Shown here one piece after another: positions 62,400-64,000 of a stretch of DNA of 64,000 nucleotides (position 1 is the stretch's first letter; every line of letters starts with the position of its first letter). The notes beneath the pieces were generated by a model. It was not told the DNA's origin. It did no database searches and worked only from the letters and a program-made list of their open reading frames with translations. The translations under genes and the position numbers were made by a program. Location of the stretch: assembly GCF_018977255.1 (NCBI RefSeq), contig NW_024704742.1, positions 42,968,001 to 43,032,000 on the forward strand, read 5' to 3'. The stretch comes from Callorhinchus milii (taxonomy: Eukaryota).

Positions 62400-63006
62400 T
62401 GATACATCACCTATAACTTTGAGATTGTCTCAAAGGACTTCACAATGTTGCTGTTTAAAGTGTACTGATTCTGTACTTATAGGTTAATCCAGCAGCCAAT
62501 TTGAGCACAGCAATGTCCCACAAAGAACCATAGTGTGAATGATCAACTTTATCAGTGGAGTCACCTCGCAAGCGAAAGGACCTGGACTTGATTCCCGGGC
62601 ATAGCGAAACCTTAAGCAAGTTCCTTACTCCACACACCTCTGTTTACCTAGCAGTTAGTCGGAATTTGGTTGTTAGCCGATTGGTGAATCGTTTTTCTGG
62701 GGATAATAGTCCCTCCAAATAAATAAATAATAATTTGGTCAATCAATCCATGACTGTTTGTGGGACACTGCTGTATTCTGTGAAGCTCATTGAGATGTTT
62801 CAAAGTGATAAGGCGCTATATCAAATAAGGATTATTATTATTATCTAGAGGTTTGTTGGCCAGAACACCCCTTCTCTTTTCAAATAATACCATGGGATCT
62901 TTAATGTCCACCTAAACAGGCAGAAGGGACTTCAGTTTAATATCTCATCTGAAAGGTGGTACCTCTGATAATGCAGCTCACCACAGTACGGCAGTGTTAG
63001 CCTAGA
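62400..63006 (-). mobile_element. Deu-domain SINE split by a family A SINE
   Basis: Tail part 62400-62554; Deu part 62843-63006 (ccatgggatctttaatgtccacctaaacaggcag...gtttaatatctcatctgaaaggtggtacctc). Confidence 0.8.
62555..62842 (+). mobile_element. SINE family A, long subfamily, nested in a Deu-domain SINE
   Basis: Plus-strand copy lacking box A; splits a minus-strand DeuSINE into 62400-62554 and 62843-63006. Confidence 0.85.
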
Positions 63007-64000
63007 TTTTAAATGTAAATGCGACAGTCTTGGAGATGAGGTTGCTCCTTGAATGGGCACCAGAAAATTTCAGCAATGATGTATTTATTGTGAAAGAAGC
63101 AGAGGAAAGATGTAAAGTCAGAGCTGTGATGCCAAGGGACGAACAGGAAAGTCAATAGTTAAGGAAATAACAATGAGAGAAGCAACAGAGTACAAGTAGT
63201 TTCTTACTCTCACACTTACACTGACTACATCTGTCTCATCTGCTGTTAAGTACATTCTCCACATTCACTCTTGTGAGACAACACATTGTGAGGATGATGA
63301 CATCTCAAAGCAGCAAATGGAGACCAGGGACAGGATTATTGATGCAACTAATGATGGAATCAATTCATTCACCATCATGTCCAAAGTCCTTGTAAATACT
63401 GTCACTGAGATGTGATTTCAAGCTTTCCGGGTGCAAAATGTGACAGAATGACAGTACTTTGTAATCATCTGTCAGGATGAAACATTCACCCATCCTGTAA
63501 AGTGAGCCACTTTACAGGCATCAGTTTGGGTCAAGGCTGATCAGCAGCAACCCTGTTATACCAGACCATTTTAGTTTGGTTGGTCATTAGAAGATGGAGT
63601 CTGACTAACGGAGCTGTGCTGTATCAGAAGGTCTTGTTGCATTTACTTCCCAGGAGCTGTAAAGGACACTGTGGATGTCAACACCCATGTTGTGAAGTTG
63701 GATCTGTTGAACAGCTAAGCATATGCATCATCTCAGCTGGGGTGGAAGTGGATTGTAGCAATAAACACACTATGCATAGAGTTGTAAACTAGATACATAC
63801 TGGGTTGTTAATAACAATAAAACTCAACATAGTATCTTAGCATGCTGAAACATCTTAAAATGTGTTTCTGTTAAGTATTAAGTATTCTGTAGGCAAAACA
63901 GCAGGCAATTTGTTCATAAATTGTCTTGTCCCTACAAATAGCCCAAAAGATCTATTAACTGCAGAACTGTTGGCCTGGAAAACAGGAGAAACTTGTTTCT

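Noticed and set aside
28832..64000. ADGRA3 exon 1 and promoter
   Set aside because: No CpG island or signal-peptide/LRR-NT coding exon found; probably beyond the window end.

Overview
Vertebrate genomic DNA, most likely a cartilaginous fish (inferred from its SINE/LINE content; a holocephalan is plausible but unproven). The window lies inside one minus-strand gene, the adhesion GPCR ADGRA3 (GPR125). Seven coding exons are present (exons 2-8 by analogy to the human gene; 72+72+72+72+161+214+165 nt). All are GT-AG bounded and splice into one open frame of 276 codons: four LRRs, LRR-CT, the Ig domain and the start of the HRM domain. Exon 1 is not found and probably lies beyond base 64000; exon 9 onward lies before base 1. 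The rest is intron (intron 2 about 22.7 kb, intron 1 over 35 kb), densely filled with decayed mobile elements. These include a near full-length CR1 LINE with a zinc-finger/esterase ORF1 and an L2 nested in its endonuclease region, many L2 and CR1 fragments, an L1/Tx1-like relic, Deu-domain SINEs, and a younger tRNA-Ala-like SINE with two subfamilies. I found no convincing new protein-coding system. The best second-look items are a degenerate Penelope-type hammerhead ribozyme core on the pre-mRNA strand, SINE domain swapping visible within the window, a shared covarying SINE/L2 3' stem-loop, several strong intronic hairpins and a few candidate enhancers.
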